The position numbers were made by a program, and so were the translations under genes. Positions 35,448 to 49,257 of a stretch of DNA of 64,000 bases are shown here, in pieces (the stretch's first letter is position 1; every line of letters begins with the position of its first letter). The notes under the pieces were generated by a model. That model did not search any database. It was given only the letters and a program-made list of their open reading frames with translations, and was not told the DNA's origin. The DNA is from Takakia lepidozioides. Taxonomy: Eukaryota; Plantae; Bryophyta. Location: NCBI GenBank assembly GCA_030704615.1, contig CM060731.1, positions 36,642,001 to 36,706,000 of the forward strand. Direction: 5' to 3'.

Positions 35448-37358
35448 ATGCCCGTCGAGGTGCTCACAGCCTTGGATAAGGCGAAGACCCAATGGTACCA
35501 TTTCACAGCCATCATAATCGCTGGCATGGGCTTCTTCACGGATGCCTATGACCTGTTCTGCATCAGCACGGTGACGAAACTGCTGGGCAGAATCTATTAC
35601 TTCGACGCTAGCAGCAAACCCCCAGCCCCCGGGGTCTTGCCCCCCGGTATCAATGCGGCAGTCACTGGAGTGGCGTTGGTTGGGACTTTGGCTGGACAAC
35701 TGTTCTTTGGCTGGTTGGGTGACAAGCTGGGCCGCAAGTCTGTGTATGGGGTTACCCTGTTGATAATGATCGTTTTTTCAGTGTGCTCCGCACTTTCATT
35801 CGGTCACACTCCAGCGACTGTCATGTTCACCCTGTGCTTCTGTAGATTCTGGCTTGGGTTTGGAATCGGCGGGGACTACCCTCTTTCAGCCACCATCATG
35901 TCAGAATACGCCAATACAAGGACGCGAGGAGCATTTATAGCTGCTGTGTTTGCCATGCAAGGATTTGGGATCCTTACAGGTGTTGCACACTGACCTGTAT
36001 TGCACACTCATATGTTTATAGTTGTTTAGATTCGTCGAGACAAATTTGGATTACTTTGATCCAAGGAGATCAAGGTTTCTAAATTTTTTCATACTGACCA
36101 GTCCACCAGCTGAATCACACAATTGATAGGAACTGTTTCCTTACAAATCTTATATTTGGTCTGTGCAGGAGCTTCGGTTTCCCTCATCGTCTCAGCAATC
36201 TTCCGACACAAGTACCCCCGGCAGTCTTTCGCGCTGATACATCAGGAATCCACACCCCCCCAGGCTGACTACGTGTGGCGGATAGTCCTTGCGTTTGGAG
36301 CAGTGCCTGCAGCTTTAACTTTCTACTACAGGATGAGGATGCCTGAGACTGCTCGATACACAGCTTTGGTGGCCGGTAATGCAAAGCAAGCTGCTGCTGA
36401 CATGAGTAAAGTGCTGGCGGTCCAATTTAACCCTGAGGCTGCCAAATTTGAGCAGCAGTCAGGAGAGCACTACGGTTTGATTACACGTGAATTTTTCCGC
36501 AGGCATGGGATGCAGTTGATAGGAACGAGCTTGACTTGGTTTTTGCTTGATATCGCTTACTACAGTCAGAATCTGTTCTCAAAAGATATTTTCACTGCTG
36601 TCAAGTGGTTACCCAAAGGACCCACAATGAGTGCCCTGGAGGAGGTGTATAGAATTGCAAGGGCTAATGCGCTTCTTGCCCTCGGCTCAACTGTACCAGG
36701 CTACTGGTTCACAGTTTTCTTCGTCGACAGGATTGGCAGGTTCAGAATCCAGCTCATGGGCTTCTTCTTCATGACAGTTTTTATGTTCTCCGTCTCCATT
36801 CCCTACGATTATCTGAAGAGTCACGCAAGTCTGTTTGTTGGACTTTACTCCCTCACGTTTTTCTTCTCCAACTTTGGGCCCAATGCGACAACCTTCATCG
36901 TTCCTGCTGAGTTGTTCCCAGCAAGATTGCGGGCGACATGCCATGGTATATCAGCTGCAGCTGGTAAAGCCGGAGCAATTGTGGGTGCCTTTGGATTTCT
37001 GTATGCTGCTCAGGACCCCGATCCAAAGAAAGATGATAAAGGTTACAGCCCCGGAATTGGAATTAAAAAATCCCTTCTACTACTTGCAGTCACATGTGGA
37101 ATGGGATTCTTTGCCACGTTATTCCTTATCCCAGAGACAAATCAGTTGTCCCTAGAAGAGCTTTCTGGCGAAAACAAAGGGCTTAAGCTGCAGAAGGTGG
37201 GGTCAAGCACTCGTCCACTAGCGAAAAATCCTACAAACACGAGCGAAGATTATTCCATAGACTATTCTGGTCAGGAGATGCCCCAAACATTTGCAGGTCG
37301 AGCTGGAGCCGGTCATCAACATTACGCTGGCCAGCAGAAATCAGAAGAACTTTTATAG
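35448..37358 (+). CDS. PHT1: Inorganic phosphate:H+ symporter, PHT1 family (exons 35448-35979, 36169-37358; 5' UTR intron ending at 35430)
   Basis: [24 protein letters not shown], signature [39 protein letters not shown] intron joins the two ORFs in frame. Confidence 0.96.
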
Positions 37359-38334
37359 ATAGACAGCAATCAGATGCTACTCTTGAGTCACCTCTCTTGT
37401 TGTCGATATTTTGTTTCCATAAAAATTAGCCAGTATTCCAGTATTGCAGACTGTCGGTAGATCATGCCCTACAGCGAAACTAAAAATCCGATTTCGACTG
37501 GGCTCCAAGGAGTTCCAAATAGTCCCGACGAGACAATGGAATGTGATTCACTGCAGCAAACCGTATTCTGATAAATCGAGTAACATCTAGATATATTGAG
37601 CTCGATGGAAATCTCATCGAATCTAGCACTCAAGTACTTGTTTTTATTGCACTAGGCTTGGAGGTTTGAGGTGCTGACTGTTTTTCTGAGTATGATCTGA
37701 ATCAAGAACAAGATAAAAGGTCGTGTGGAGGGTTCGGAAATGAATTCATCCTTGTCTTTATGGACCAACTTTCCTCGGTCTCTGAGTGGAAATGGATAAC
37801 TGTTACTATTCATGCCAGCGGGCACTGCAAAGATAGATTCTAAGCATGTTAAGATCATGTTAACTTAGCAGTTTAATGATGCTGCTTTCCGTGGCCGTTC
37901 TTTTGGTATGAGGAAGTCCCATGGGAAGTCCTAAGCTTTTGTCTCTGCGTGGAGGTTACAAGGTTCGGTTAAAGTATGTTTCTTCCTCTCTTTGGTCTTT
38001 CATAAGTTTCCTACTTTGCCTCCTCCCTGATGTGGATATCTATCAATTCTTTGTGATGAAATCGTTCTGAAGCATACGAAGCTCAGTTTCAGTATGATAT
38101 ACGCAAACATTGCATGCCTCGAGCTCAATTATGGTTTGACGAACATGAGGAATTCGTCATTTAGGTGAAATGTCAAAAATTGAGGGGTGTTCGGGAAGGA
38201 GATTATGAATTAGGTAATGGGCAAGCACCTACCTTCACAGGCACCAGTGCCTGGGAGCCAATATGAGGATGCTTGTTGGAGGAACTACCATTTGATCATT
38301 TCTGAGCTGTGTAAGATTGTACTCATAAGACGTT

Positions 38335-39060
38335 GTTTGCCGTAGCCTTGTGGCCATTGACCCCGCGCCCAGTTTGAGCGGGAACAAAAGGGACCGAACC
38401 TACCTCTGTCAGGGGCTGACGTTGGTAGTAAGACTTACCTCCATATAAAGAATTAATCCGGGTTTTCCAGATATCCTCTAGAAATCCCTTCACACAAGCA
38501 TCAATCTGCTGTGTGTGATTTGCCCAAAAACTAGGCCTCAGGAGGGCCTGGGCTTTTGGCTCAGCCTCGAGACTTTCAAAGTTGGTAAACAGGGGTACAG
38601 GCACAATTCCCTTAATAGATTTGAAGAGAGTGGTGAGAGAACCCCGGACAGTGTATCGGAAAATGAATACTGTCTTCAGATTGCGCACACAGCGGGTAAT
38701 TGCACTCTCCCTTTCCTCACTGCTTCTGTTTGCTGTTCAAAGGTAGGCTTCCTGCCCTGAGTTTAAATTTCAGTCTAGTGCCGAGAGTGGGTAGACCCTT
38801 GAGGTCATCCAAGATGTCCTCCCCCATGTCACAGACTGGAAACAAGTTCAGGGAAGTTTTCTGCCTAACTTCATTTTCATCAGACAATCTCATGGCAACA
38901 GACATGGCTGAGGACACTACAGCCTCTAAGTCAGATTTATCCAGCAGGGTCAAGACTTGCGGATCCAGGTCCAGGTCCTTGAGGATCTCTTCTACTCTCT
39001 TCTGCCAGGACTTAGCCTGTTTGACAGGGCGGTTCTGTTTCCAAGATATAGAGTCGATTA
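38335..39060 (-). mobile_element. 5'-truncated LINE fragment (ORF2 C-terminal CCHC zinc-knuckle region + 3' tail)
   Basis: [14 protein letters not shown]..(P)LC..SED.IHF.IHC pattern across frames. Tail GGCCACAAGGCTACGGCAA is shared with the copy at 41071. Confidence 0.65.
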
Positions 39061-39555
39061 ACTTAGGATATCTGGTGAGCTGTGTAAGAAATTACTATCA
39101 CAAGAAATGGTTCTACAAAACTGTGGCGACACTATCATGCTGCTCACCAACGTTGGGGGAGCATATTTGGCCTGAGGAGCAACTCAAAATGCATATTGGA
39201 GAATCTCTTCTCAGAGCTTCACAATGTGCAAGCGCATCTACCCTGAGGCTCATGAAAGTTCCAGTAAAGAATAGCCACAAATGATGATGGTCCTGACATA
39301 AAGGGCACTGACATCTATTCTATACCAATGGTTCTCTCTCTCCTCTTTTTTCCTCCTTCCAAAAGGTTTATGACCAACACAAGCAGGTCTAACAAGAAAT
39401 AAAGAACTCAAGGGCTCCTTCAGACTGTATCTTAACTAGTAATTTCCCCCTTCCCTGTGTTTTGATCCCATACAAAGTGGGACATGGACTATGCCCCAAG
39501 GCAACTTCAATCAGTCTGACAAGTCTATTTGTTTTCTTGCTGCCCCAGCAAATAA

Positions 39556-42500
39556 TCAGAACATTTTGCCAGTACCAGCACCCTGTTGAACAGTGGACTC
39601 CGCAAGGTCAAACCGCTCCCACTTGCCCAGCAATGGTTGCAATTGAAGCACCTTGTCATACATACCCAAAAGGCCTCCTGTGTGCACAAACAACACTTTT
39701 TTACCTTCCCATTCGGATGGGTTCTTGGCCATATCCTTGAGCATCCCGTTCACAGCCTTTCCACTGCATCAAGTACACCAAATGAGTCAGTTTCTCGGCC
39801 CCTCACTACAGTTTTCTAAACGTAGTTCTATTTTAACATAGTCCACACTTTTACCAGTATTATTAGGAGGACTCTTGGTTGACAAACCATGAGAAACAAC
39901 CTGTTGGAGTATTTACTTCAACATAGACCTATACAGTAGTAGGTCCACAAGGAGTGAGAGACTTTCCATTTGACGGACAACATCAGGACGCACCTGTAGA
40001 CAGGGTCCAAAATAACCCCAGTAGATTCTGCAATGTCTTTCACAAGCTTCAGTTCTTCTGATGTGCTCATGGCATACCCCAACCCCTTCGCCTGCACATT
40101 CACGAAGTTCAACTCAACATGGGTTTGTTACCCACCAGGGGAAAAAATGCCCTCAACCTGATGCGTGCTCACAGTTCCACTATATTTTCCATTCACGTAA
40201 GGGCTGAGAATGAGATCAATTTGAGTGTTAATTTAAGGGCTGAGCGTGAGTTCATGCAAGCAAACATAGTGTTGATTCCAGCACCAGTGGAGGTCTCTTG
40301 AGAACATGGTAAGACACGTGGATGTGATGGCAATCCCACTCGGACTGCAGTAGAAGAGCGCAATCTCGGGAGAAAGCAAGCACTTCATACCATCCAAGTA
40401 TGAGAGAAAGATAGACTATGTATCCCAATTCATTCGGAAAACCAGACATGGTGGGACAGCCAATCGCGTGGGATCGCGGGGGGCTTGGAGAGAAAGGAAG
40501 TGGCTCGACTGGACGTAGACACCTATCTGCCTAGGCTAGCATAGAAGTAGGAGGGTGGGCCCTCCTTCTACTTCTAGAGCTTTCCAGAAGGAGGATGAGG
40601 CGGTGGGCCCCCTTCTAGAAGGCTCCACCACCGCCTTAAGAGAGTATATAAAGAGGGTAAGGGGTATAGATTTTACAAGGTTTCTTCCGCCTCCCTTTGG
40701 TGGACTCTACAAGCAGGGCCCCCTTAGAAAATTAAAATTTGGAACCTGAACCATCTTCAAATAAATAGAAGTGCTACTATACGGAGAGCAGGGGAATGAA
40801 CTTACAGTGACAATCCTTATGATATCCCGAGAACTAACACCTGCATTTAGGCCATCCATAAGGCCTTGAGTGTAGTCGTAGAAGTAATCTGAGTCATCAC
40901 ATACAGCATATGCATGCACCTACATGTACATGATGGTTCCACTGTTAATACGAGGAACCCTACTCCGACATAATCCTGATATGCTCTTGTGCAACAGGAC
41001 CACAGTTAATGGGTGCAAGCACAACTGTTTGCCATGTGAAGGACACCAACAGCATGTACATAAGACTTTGATTGCCGTAGCCTTGTGGCCATAGACCCTG
41101 CGCCCAATTTGGCCAATGTATCAGAAAATGGATATAGTCTTCAGGTTGCCCGCACATCGGGCAATTACAATCTCCTTTTCCTCTCTGCATCTGTTTTAGT
41201 GTTCAAAGGTAGGCTCCCCGCCCTGAGCTTAAAATTTCAGTCTAGTGCCAAGCCCATCAGATCATCCTTCAGGTGCTTGCCCATGTCACAGACAGAGAGA
41301 AAAAAGAGCAGATCATTATGTCAACGGAAGGAGAGAAAAATGATGAATGATAATGACATAAGCATTTGACTTCACTTTATGTAGCCTTGTGAAGAGAAAG
41401 CAAGAAAGAAAAATATATTACATCCAAAGGGAGGCCCAAGGGACACAAAACAACAAAGAATCACAAAGGCCAAAGAACTACAAGTGTTGCAGAAAGGTTG
41501 AATGGTCATACAGAGACAAAGAAGAGGGAAAGGGTGGGGGGGGGAGGCGAAAAAATGAACATTATAACGTAAACCGCAAGCTCAGAGAGTTCTGGGAACC
41601 ATAGAAGACAAAGTGACAGAAACACTTGGGCCCCCAACAACCAGTCTCCACCACAACCATAAAACCATTAGCCAACTCTGACATGATTCTCTAAGTTGGA
41701 AGTCTTGTAAAGATAAGTTTACTATGCCTACAGGTGGCAGAGAGGGTCCAGGGCCACAATCTACATTACTGTAGGGCCAAAGAGAGTGTTACAAAACTCC
41801 AACCTGTCAAATTCCAGGACTGATATCCAACAAACAATTTTCCAGCACTGGAACTAGAAGAGAACTCCATCTGATGTCAATAAGATTGCCTCCAAATAGT
41901 ATACAAAAACCACAACTAACTGAGATTTGAGTGTGAAGTAAAGCATGGACCTTGGTATTAAGACTGCTCAGATGTGCTGCCAATCCAAGTCCCGCTGTTG
42001 TTCCCCCACTGCATTCAGATGAGAAAAACCACAACGTTAGAGAAGTGACTCATTATCTATGAAGAAAAATTCAGGGGAGAGCAAGTTGAACCCTAGTTTA
42101 CTTCCACTTCCTCATTGAATCTGAACCCCTCTCAAGCAAGCCCTCGACAATCCCAGTCAGGTATTCATTCCCCTCCACCCTCTGCCCTCCCTGTCCCTTC
42201 ACCCAAGCTTGGCAAAGAGTTACTTAGGAAAGTCTAATAGAAAAGTTCATCTCTACATAATCACTAGAGCCAGCTAGCTAGAAGGATTAGTTCAAGGCAA
42301 TCAAGAAGCGCTCCAAGAACAGATCAAGATGCCACAAACCTTCCACACGCCATGACAATGTCATCAAAATGTGAAATGTTGGAGACCTTGCCTGCCTGCA
42401 TTTGACCCTCAAGCTCTCTGACGAACTCAATGTATCCCCTGCCATCAACTTTACTTATGTCAAGCTCCGTTAGTAAAGGGACTTCCTTTCAGAACCCCAG

Positions 42501-45169
42501 TAGATGTAAATAGTTTAGAACCACTGTTTTTCCATCGAAAGGCTTAATGGGATTCTGTGAACCAGTAACTTTTCCTTTTCCAATAGTGGTAGTATGCTTT
42601 CTGTATCCAGACTAAAATGCCTATGCAAGGGCTTCAATCACTGTGTAGGGAGGGTTAGCTGTGCCGTTAGATTGGTCAAGAAAGGATTTTTCCATTTCAA
42701 TGATTTTTACAGGTGTGACGTGACATACACACACACAGCACACAATAGCAATCTGTACAGGAGGTCAAATGTGAAAAGCATACCAAGTGCCAAGAGAGTT
42801 GGAACCTCCAACTGGCACCACATATGGCTTTCTTCCTTCCGCCTTCAGCTTTTCTGAGAGCAAATCTCCAAGAGCCTGCCATCAGCAAGATGCAATTTTG
42901 ATTGTCTAGTGGACCTGAGACCTACATGACACTGAAATACTTTCCGGGTTTCTTTGATGGCATGGCTAGGCAGACATAAGCTTCCATTGCCAATCACACT
43001 GATCAACATTTGCAGAGGCAGATGTACTTAATAGCCAACTCTTGGCTATGACCCACACAATAAATCCCCTAGCCAGTGCTGGGATTCGCAACCACCAGAG
43101 TAAGACATTCAGCCTGCAATTCGCCGTAGTGCTTGTGCAGAGCTGAAGACAATCAAGATACAAGGATTGAGTTGATCTCATGTTAAGGATGTCTATACAG
43201 CTACTTTACTGTCTCTCTGCTGTACCAGATATGATGCAGTTGCGCTGCAAGTCAAACTGGATATTTGAGACAGAATTCTCGGCAAAATGCAACAGATGCT
43301 GCCCTGAGTGAACTACCAATCCAACCATAGGAACTGGAGGAAGAGAGCAGTGAAAAGGAAGGGAAGAGAGAGGGAGAAGAGAAATCACCACACTACCAAG
43401 CTGGACATACTCTTCCTTGGAGACAAGGTGCACATGTGCCCCCACCAGGCGCTCCACGAGTAGATTGCCTGTCAGCCCTGGGTCCTCCTCTACAATTGTC
43501 TGCCATACCAAACCTTGTCACGTGATCACAACCAAAACATGTGCATAGTAACTAAAGATGATTCCACAGTGTAGATGGCAGGAAGGTGACAGAAGTGAAC
43601 CCGACTCGTGCGAAGAATGAGGTGGCAGTCAAGATTGAGGTATTTTGCTGCCACCGCAGTTGCACGGCAATGGTTGCTTTGAATGCCACCAATCGTAATC
43701 ACGCAATCGGCACCCTGCTTCTTGGCATCTGCCAATATGAATTCCAGCTTCCGTACTTTGTTGCCACTCAGCTGCATTCCTGTCAAGTCATCTCTCTGCA
43801 GTTCCCATATTCTCCACTTAGTCAAGCTGGGTGAGGGCTTCTACCCTGATACGCATTTGGGGGGGGGGGGGAGGGAGGGTGCACAGCATCCTCTCTTTCT
43901 GCTAATTACTGGCTCTCTCTGAACCCTGGAAGAAGAAACTTGCAGAGTGTGCCTACAGCAGATAGACTTTGCAAATTTGAGACATTCACATTAGCAACCT
44001 GACGAAAAGCTTACCTTGATCCACACTTCGGTGCCAGTAGGCAAACCTGGAATATGCCAGCGATGTATGGGTGTAGGGAACTGTCGACAACATGAAAAAA
44101 CCACGTTTGCAATTAGTACATATCAAAAAGCGTTCGGGAAGCCATCTTGCTCCTGCTCTTTGGTTTGCACTGCTTACGCGCATTTCAACAGAGTCAAACT
44201 TTCCATTGCATAAGGAGATCTGTTCCTCACCAACAGTAGCAATGAATCCTCCAAAATCCTTCTCTTTCCCCAAATTCAGTCCTGTTGGATGCCGGGTATT
44301 GGCGTCTGAGCAAGAATTGGAACCTAGTGGGAACTGTTTGTTAGCTGAGAATGTTAAGTACAGCTGCCCAGCTTCGCGAGACGCACTCAATTTCCGTTAC
44401 ACAAGAGGGTAATGGTATCACGAAGGAGCACATCAGAACACAGGCAGCTCGTGCATGGAATCAGGAAGAAGAAAAGGATTGACGGAAATTGTTCAGGTTG
44501 CTGTCACTCAATCTGAAATCCTTCGGGCTCGGAATCAAATGCAGCCAAAGGTGTCGACGAAGGGAAAACACAGAGGGAAAGCGATCCTACCTGGCCCAGA
44601 GAATAATAATGTGAAGGAGCCGGGTGCAATTTGGAAGCCCAGGAAGGTGGTGAATACGGGGCTTTACTCAGCATCTCAGGCCTTATTGCACTCTCTCCTT
44701 TGCCCAAATCCGCATTCGACGAATTTCCAGCCATGGATTCCGAAGCCGCGGTCGGTAACACCCCACAAACAGTCTCCCTCTCCCCCTCACAGCTTCTCGA
44801 GCTAAAGAATTGCCCCCCAAATTGCCTACTCTTAAAACCCCCGTAAATTTGAGTTCCCTCCACCGGACTGTCAATCCCACCGCGCTTTGAGAAACATAAA
44901 CTCAAACCCCTCTCCAGGTTGCTGATCCTAGTCCCCTTTGCGCTATACACCTTCAAGCACTTCCCCAATTGGACAATCCCAGAGACCTTTAGACAGGCGA
45001 CAGTGGAAGCTGCTTCCGCACCCTTCTGCCCATAATGGGTCCAGAAAGAGAGAGGGAAACAATCGCTTGAAAGTGAAGAAGATGTAGACAGAGTGCGCAG
45101 GTTTGCAATGCAGGCGGCAGCCATGACCACAATGCGACAGCCCTTTCTTGTGTAAAGAGTTGGTCTCAT
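39556..45169 (-). CDS. DCD: D-cysteine desulfhydrase / ACC deaminase family (PLP-dependent), 10 exons, N-terminal organellar targeting extension
   Basis: Approximate exons 45169(or 45124)-44591, 44080-44015, 43795-43601, 43499-43391, 42875-42784, 42437-42340, 42009-41951, 40919-40805, 40092-39994, 39764-39556. Motifs [57 protein letters not shown]. Confidence 0.94.
41071..41293 (-). mobile_element. Second, internally deleted copy of the same LINE 3' end, in a DCD intron
   Basis: [16 protein letters not shown] and AAAGGTAGGCTCCCCGCCCTGAGCTTAAAATTTCAGTCTAGTGCC match 38739-38782. Confidence 0.7.
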
Positions 45170-48100
45170 TGTCCAACCCTTTGGAGCCCAAATGAGATTG
45201 TATAAGAGTGTTTCTATATGCTATATTCTCTTTGTTTCCTCACAAAACTTATTAGATTCTCAGTGTTGTTGTCATCAACTGGCATGACAATTGCTCCATG
45301 AGCTCATAAGATGCTATAAGAGTGTTTCTGTAGTTTTCTTCATTAGCTGCTGAACAAGACCCCATACACATTTTCCTTGAATTTTTCCTTACCTTCTTGT
45401 TCTTGGGTCTCTAATTGTAGATGTCCCTCCATTGCAAGTTGCAACTGGCCAAGATGATAGCCCTAACATGAATGGAACTCATGGTGATGTCTCTCAGCTT
45501 GCCTTGACCTTTCTTCCATTTCCATTTTGAGCAATAGTTCTTATTCTTGGCTCTGGTTTTTGTTTCCTCTCTCATGTTTTCTTCCATTTTGTCCCATAAG
45601 CTCTATGAGCTTTCCACGGACGTTATAAAGCACCATTTCATTTCCTTGATGAATGGGCACTGTGGTTCCCATCAAGTTGTACAAGTAGCCCAAATTAAGA
45701 TAGGAAGCATTTGACTTCCACATAGTAATAATGCATCATGCAATCATGTCTGTAATTCCTCAAATCTGTTGATGCAAAATTCTTGTAGTGCAGGAGAGAA
45801 TGTTGGGAATAAATGTCAAGTCATTCCATCTCACTTGCTCATGGTGCAGAAGGTTGTAACATGGTTCCTTGTACAGTAAACATGCACACAAAAGTTTGGA
45901 GATTGATGCTTTCTTGGTGCCAGCACTGTCGTGGTATACAGGATGGGTGTCTATTCAATCAAGTTTGAACAATCTGAAACCTCGGGGAGACGTAACACTT
46001 ACTAAGGCAGTATAAGGTGTGAAACATTAAGCTTTGGCAAAGAACATAGCATTCTGCCATGACTGAATACAGTTACCCAGATGAGTTTGCTATCCGCTAG
46101 ACACAAGGAGTAGTCCGTGAGTTGGAAGGGAGATTGTAGACAGCTCGATCAGACCAAACCACATCCCCAACATTAGCGAAAATAATCTCTTACATCAACT
46201 TGAACCTGCTCCTAAAGAATCAATTAGTTTGCTGCCTTGCTTTCCTCAGACCACTCATAGCTGAACAGCACCAGAGTGCAACCCCAATCCCACCCAGGCA
46301 GAAACATAAGAACACACAACAACGACATGAAGATATGAAATGAAACTCAAAAATCCCAGGAGTGAGGTGGCCACTGGCAGACAAGTGTAGTCCATAACTC
46401 TGGCAATGTTATTGCCAAACAAAATGCTTATCAGCCTTCAACGTGAACACAAAGAGATGGTGTGCATGAGATATTGAACATTTCAACTCAAATCACAAAT
46501 TACTATCTTGATGTGCAGCGGCGACTAGAAGCTATCTTTTGCACTGGAGTCACCAGAGGGCATGTTAACGCGTCCAATAGACAAAGGCTCTGAGTTTGAA
46601 GAAGCGAGATGAAAGAGCTCTCCAAAAGCGTTGCAAGAACACAAAAGGCGAGCTAGTGTGGAGGGGTCATGACTAGCTTTCTACATAGATGATGCCAAAA
46701 TCTTGCTGAGGACTCCAAAAGTTAGTTGATGGACAACACTCCACACACACACATAAGCAATTTCCTTTTATCCTCAGCAAAGTACACTTATACACCAGAA
46801 ATTTAGGTTGATGACCCAGGACATCCATTAGAGATCAGGTCGAGCTTCCTGACTGCACAACTGTACCTTGTCGACCTAAAACTAGTGAGAGAAACCGGAT
46901 CATAGATGTAATGCTTGTCATACTTCTTGAAACTCTCGAATGCATTCTTTATGGACTGTGACTGGATCTGCACAAGCCCTGTTGACATGAGGCTAACGAG
47001 AGGAAACTCATAGTAGTTGCAATGCTTGTGGTGCTTGTCAAACCCACTCAATGCATGCTTACAGATTGTGACTGGAACTGCGCTGAGCTTTCATCCTTCA
47101 ATCGCGAACGAGTGTGCAGCATCCCTCCTTTTTTTACCCCCTTGATGTTTGAGGTGGGTGTGGCTAAGGTGGGAATGGGGTAGAGGGAAATGTCCATGTG
47201 AACTAACTGCAAGCATGGCAGAGTTGCTATGAGTTAAACTGCCCTGAAGCATATCTCACCATTGCACAAGTAAACATCAAAAAATAACCCTCCATAATGA
47301 CTCTATGCATTCAAGATGTGCAACCAACACTCTAATCAGGACACTACCGAGCTCCCCCTCCAATGTATCACCCAGGGAGAGACACACATTCTCGATCACC
47401 TAACACCAACCTAATGCACACGTGATGTCAGAGCATGTTACATAAACTCAGTGTCAGCACTATTGAGTGGCCAGCTCAAATTGCATCCTTAGGCTAGTTA
47501 GCTCTGGATGCCTTAACCAGAGGACTAAACTTTTAAGAGATCTGTATGATGATCATGCGACTGCATACTGGGCTGTGAGAGATTTCCCATAAGCATGCAA
47601 TTGTTCCAGCAGGTGGGCAGGAAGTGAACTCATCTGGTGACACTGCAATACAGGTTACCCAATGCTAATGGATTTAAAGTGGGGAAATTCTTAGGTCTTT
47701 TGTGCGTTGCTACAATTTACTGACTTACAGGAACAACTACATATAGAAAGAATGTGGTAGGTGTTATTTGAAGATGTGATGCAGATTTTGAAGGACACTA
47801 TTTCCAGTGATCACGACACTGGGCATATGTTTTGGTACACCTCAAGGGCTGAGAGTCATCATCCCAACACTTCCTACGTTACGGGTGGGTGGCTATACTT
47901 CAGAATGTGTTTAAGAGGACGTGGGGACTTATTGCAGTCATACAGGCACAGATTGCAGATAGATTTGGTACATTAAGGAACACATAAGAGAGGGGTAATT
48001 GTAGAAAGTACTCAGACTTCTGCCCATCAGTAAGAAGGTAAGTCAGAAGGTGCTAATTAAGACACCAACTGTGTGTAGGCTTGGTGCCTGGAGGGCACTA

Positions 48101-49257
48101 AAGGGAAAAGTGATTTGTGTGATTCTCAGGCTGATTCCCTGTGCTCCCTACCCCAGAGAAGTCGGTATAATGAAGCCCATTGGTACAAGACCTAATTCAC
48201 ACCGTTACCGAAGCTGTTGTTATGCTGTGCAGATGGCCAGTCTTGTCCAAGCTTTCCAATCGAGATCATGAAGTCTCTGAGAGTCAGTGTTGTGCAGAGG
48301 AATTACCTAAGGCGTGGGAAGATCAATAAAGCGAGTTTACATGTAAGACTTGGCAAACACCAGGGTCGTAGTTTTTCACTTCTCTCTTTCCTCAAATGCC
48401 ATTTGTTTTAAGAAATTTCTTAGTTAAACAGGAACCTGTGCTGTGCTTCTTCACAGACTGATTGAGCCAAGACATTTGATGGGGGGGGCTGTGCTTTCCT
48501 ACTGCGTACTTGTTTGGCCCTCACTTCACTTTGACCAAAAGCGAGGAGGATCTAGGTTTCGCTTCCTACAATACTCACAGGGAGGAACAGTGCTGATTGC
48601 ATTGGATGGTGTATTGCTTTAGTTGGCCATCGATAGGATAAGAGCTTGTTTCGAGTTCTAGACAGAGAATTCCCCAGTTCGAGAACCCTGGTGATAAGTC
48701 AACTCTTTCCTACTGAATTGGACTTGTGGGATGCGCTTACTATTTGTTAAGATGTTCCAGTCATGGATCAACTATGGTCACTTTCTCGATGCTTAGCTCT
48801 CCCCGGAAAGTTTGGAACAGCTTTCTAGTCTCATGGGATCAGGCACTGTTTGCTGCCAAAATGTTGCCCAATGATGTGAACCATGTTTCGGACAGGGGGA
48901 ATCTTCAGATCAAGCAGTAGTCATAAGCTATGTTTAACTGACCAGACCTCCAGCGATGGATTTACCCATGAATAGGTGCACACCAGATATTCAGTTAGTG
49001 TTAGTTGTTGATTGACGGGACTTTCTGATCTACAGTCTAGTTGATAGATTTTGACTGTTGCCCCACAACACTCAGGCGTCCGCTGAACAAGGAGTGGGTT
49101 TACGGCAAGTGAGACCCTAGCTGTTTTGACTATTTCAAAGCAGACTTATGCAAACGTGAACTTTGCGTGTGGTTAACTGTACGATGACGAAGAGTTAGAG
49201 GAAATAAGGAGAAAACATACCTGGCCACAAGCGATCCTTGAATACTTCAGCCTTGAT

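Noticed and set aside
35391-36168. ORF-track starts at 35391 and 36123 for PHT1
   Set aside because: Both begin inside introns; splice signals place the ATG at 35448 and exon 2 at 36169.
40270-40715. Possible solo LTR in a DCD intron (TATATAAA, ends CTCTACA)
   Set aside because: No convincing 5' terminus or target duplication.
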